Below, in pieces: positions 63,290 through 64,000 of a stretch of 64,000 nt of DNA (the first letter of the stretch is position 1; each line of letters opens with the position of its first letter). The position numbers and the translations under genes were made by a program. The stretch is taken from positions 248,001-312,000 of the IMG/VR virus record IMGVR_UViG_3300044680_000280; one strand, given 5' to 3'. The notes beneath the pieces were generated by a model that saw nothing but the letters and a program-made list of their open reading frames with translations, did not search any database and was not told the origin of the DNA.

Positions 63290-63593
63290 AGCATGGGGCA
63301 GACAAAGCACGGCTCTCTAGGTTCAGTAAGCAACCTACACCTAACCACTTTCTTTTGTACGGCGTTGGGAAAGTGGCTTGCTCGCTGACCGTGCTCGGTT
63401 AGACTCTCCGTTGTCGAGGCGGTGAGTCGGTCCTGAGCACGGGCCGGTCTTTACAGCGTCGCAAGCCGGGCGAAACGACCGGCTAGAGCCCTGATTCGGT
63501 GTTCCACCACCGGGTCGGGGCTCGTGACTTTTGTGGGTTTGGATTGCGGCTAGGACTGTGCCTTTCGTCGGACCCGCGGTGTATTAAAAAGGA

Positions 63594-64000
63594 ATGTCAA
63601 CAATTAATCCGGGAGACATCGTGCAACTCAAGTCGGGCGGTCCCAACATGACCGTCTCTCACCTCAACTCGGAGGGTGGGCATAGGGCTCACTGCTTCTG
63701 GTTTGATGGAAATACCCGACGAGATGCGGAATTTAATTCATGCACCTTGAATAAGGTTACGCCTAAGGTTACGCCAAAGAAGGAACCTCTCCCTCATGGT
63801 GGGTATCTCGAGTACAGTGGTGTCATCATTAATGTGACGCCTACACACCGCAACTTTGCTGTTTCAGTGCAGGTCGATGGGTTCGGGGATTTCGTGGCGT
63901 ATACCGCAGTCGGTCAACATGCACCACCAGTAGGTGCCGTGGCTAAGATACGAATTTACGAAAATCCCAGTCTCAATCGCATCCTAGAGTGGTCGACTTG
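63594..64000 (+). CDS. DUF2158/YodC-like protein, 3'-partial (not in ORF track)
   Basis: PGDIVQLKSGGPNMTV...CFWFDG; GGTGTA 10 nt upstream; open to window end. Confidence 0.8.
   Translation, partial: MSTINPGDIVQLKSGGPNMTVSHLNSEGGHRAHCFWFDGNTRRDAEFNSCTLNKVTPKVTPKKEPLPHGGYLEYSGVIINVTPTHRNFAVSVQVDGFGDFVAYTAVGQHAPPVGAVAKIRIYENPSLNRILEWST

Noticed and set aside
1-64000. Prophage or mobile-element boundaries and virion structural module
   Set aside because: No integrase, transposase, att-like ends, capsid, portal, terminase or tail genes were recognisable. Phage origin is inferred from gene content and organisation.

Overview
This 64-kb window is an accessory/regulatory segment of a large, GC-rich tailed-phage genome. 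The host is most likely a myxobacterium: the window encodes a TIGR04563/MXAN_4361-like small protein and other myxobacteria-type proteins. It contains no capsid, tail, terminase, integrase, rRNA or CRISPR array. Recognisable genes: GIY-YIG and HNH nucleases, a DNA methyltransferase, two tandem sigma-factor-like proteins, dCTP and dCMP deaminases, peptide deformylase, a metallophosphoesterase, a large vWA protein, a PspA-like/OmpA-SBP/ABC-transporter operon, a 5'-nucleotidase, a papain-family protease, a J-domain protein, a zincin-like protein, DUF1643, a HAD phosphatase, DUF2158, a HEPN-like protein and many small hypothetical proteins. Signals the annotation does not explain: (1) a C-terminal peptide tag, P-[KR]-[KR]-[ST]-[VLH]-[WFY]-[ED]-H-[LMV]-x-acidic, on at least 9 otherwise largely unrelated proteins; (2) a promoter-associated tRNA-like gene with a ~37-nt structured D-loop insertion and an 8-nt anticodon loop; (3) two promoter-like motifs (GGTGTA-N10-start and TTGAAC-N16/17-TGTA[CT]T-N6-start) implying near-leaderless mRNAs, which also point at two candidate structured ncRNAs; (4) a covarying bulged GNA-triloop hairpin repeated across a poorly coding 49-54 kb region. 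All assignments come from motif reading by eye; no searches were run. Several starts were moved from the ORF track to the ATG/GTG that fits the promoter spacing.
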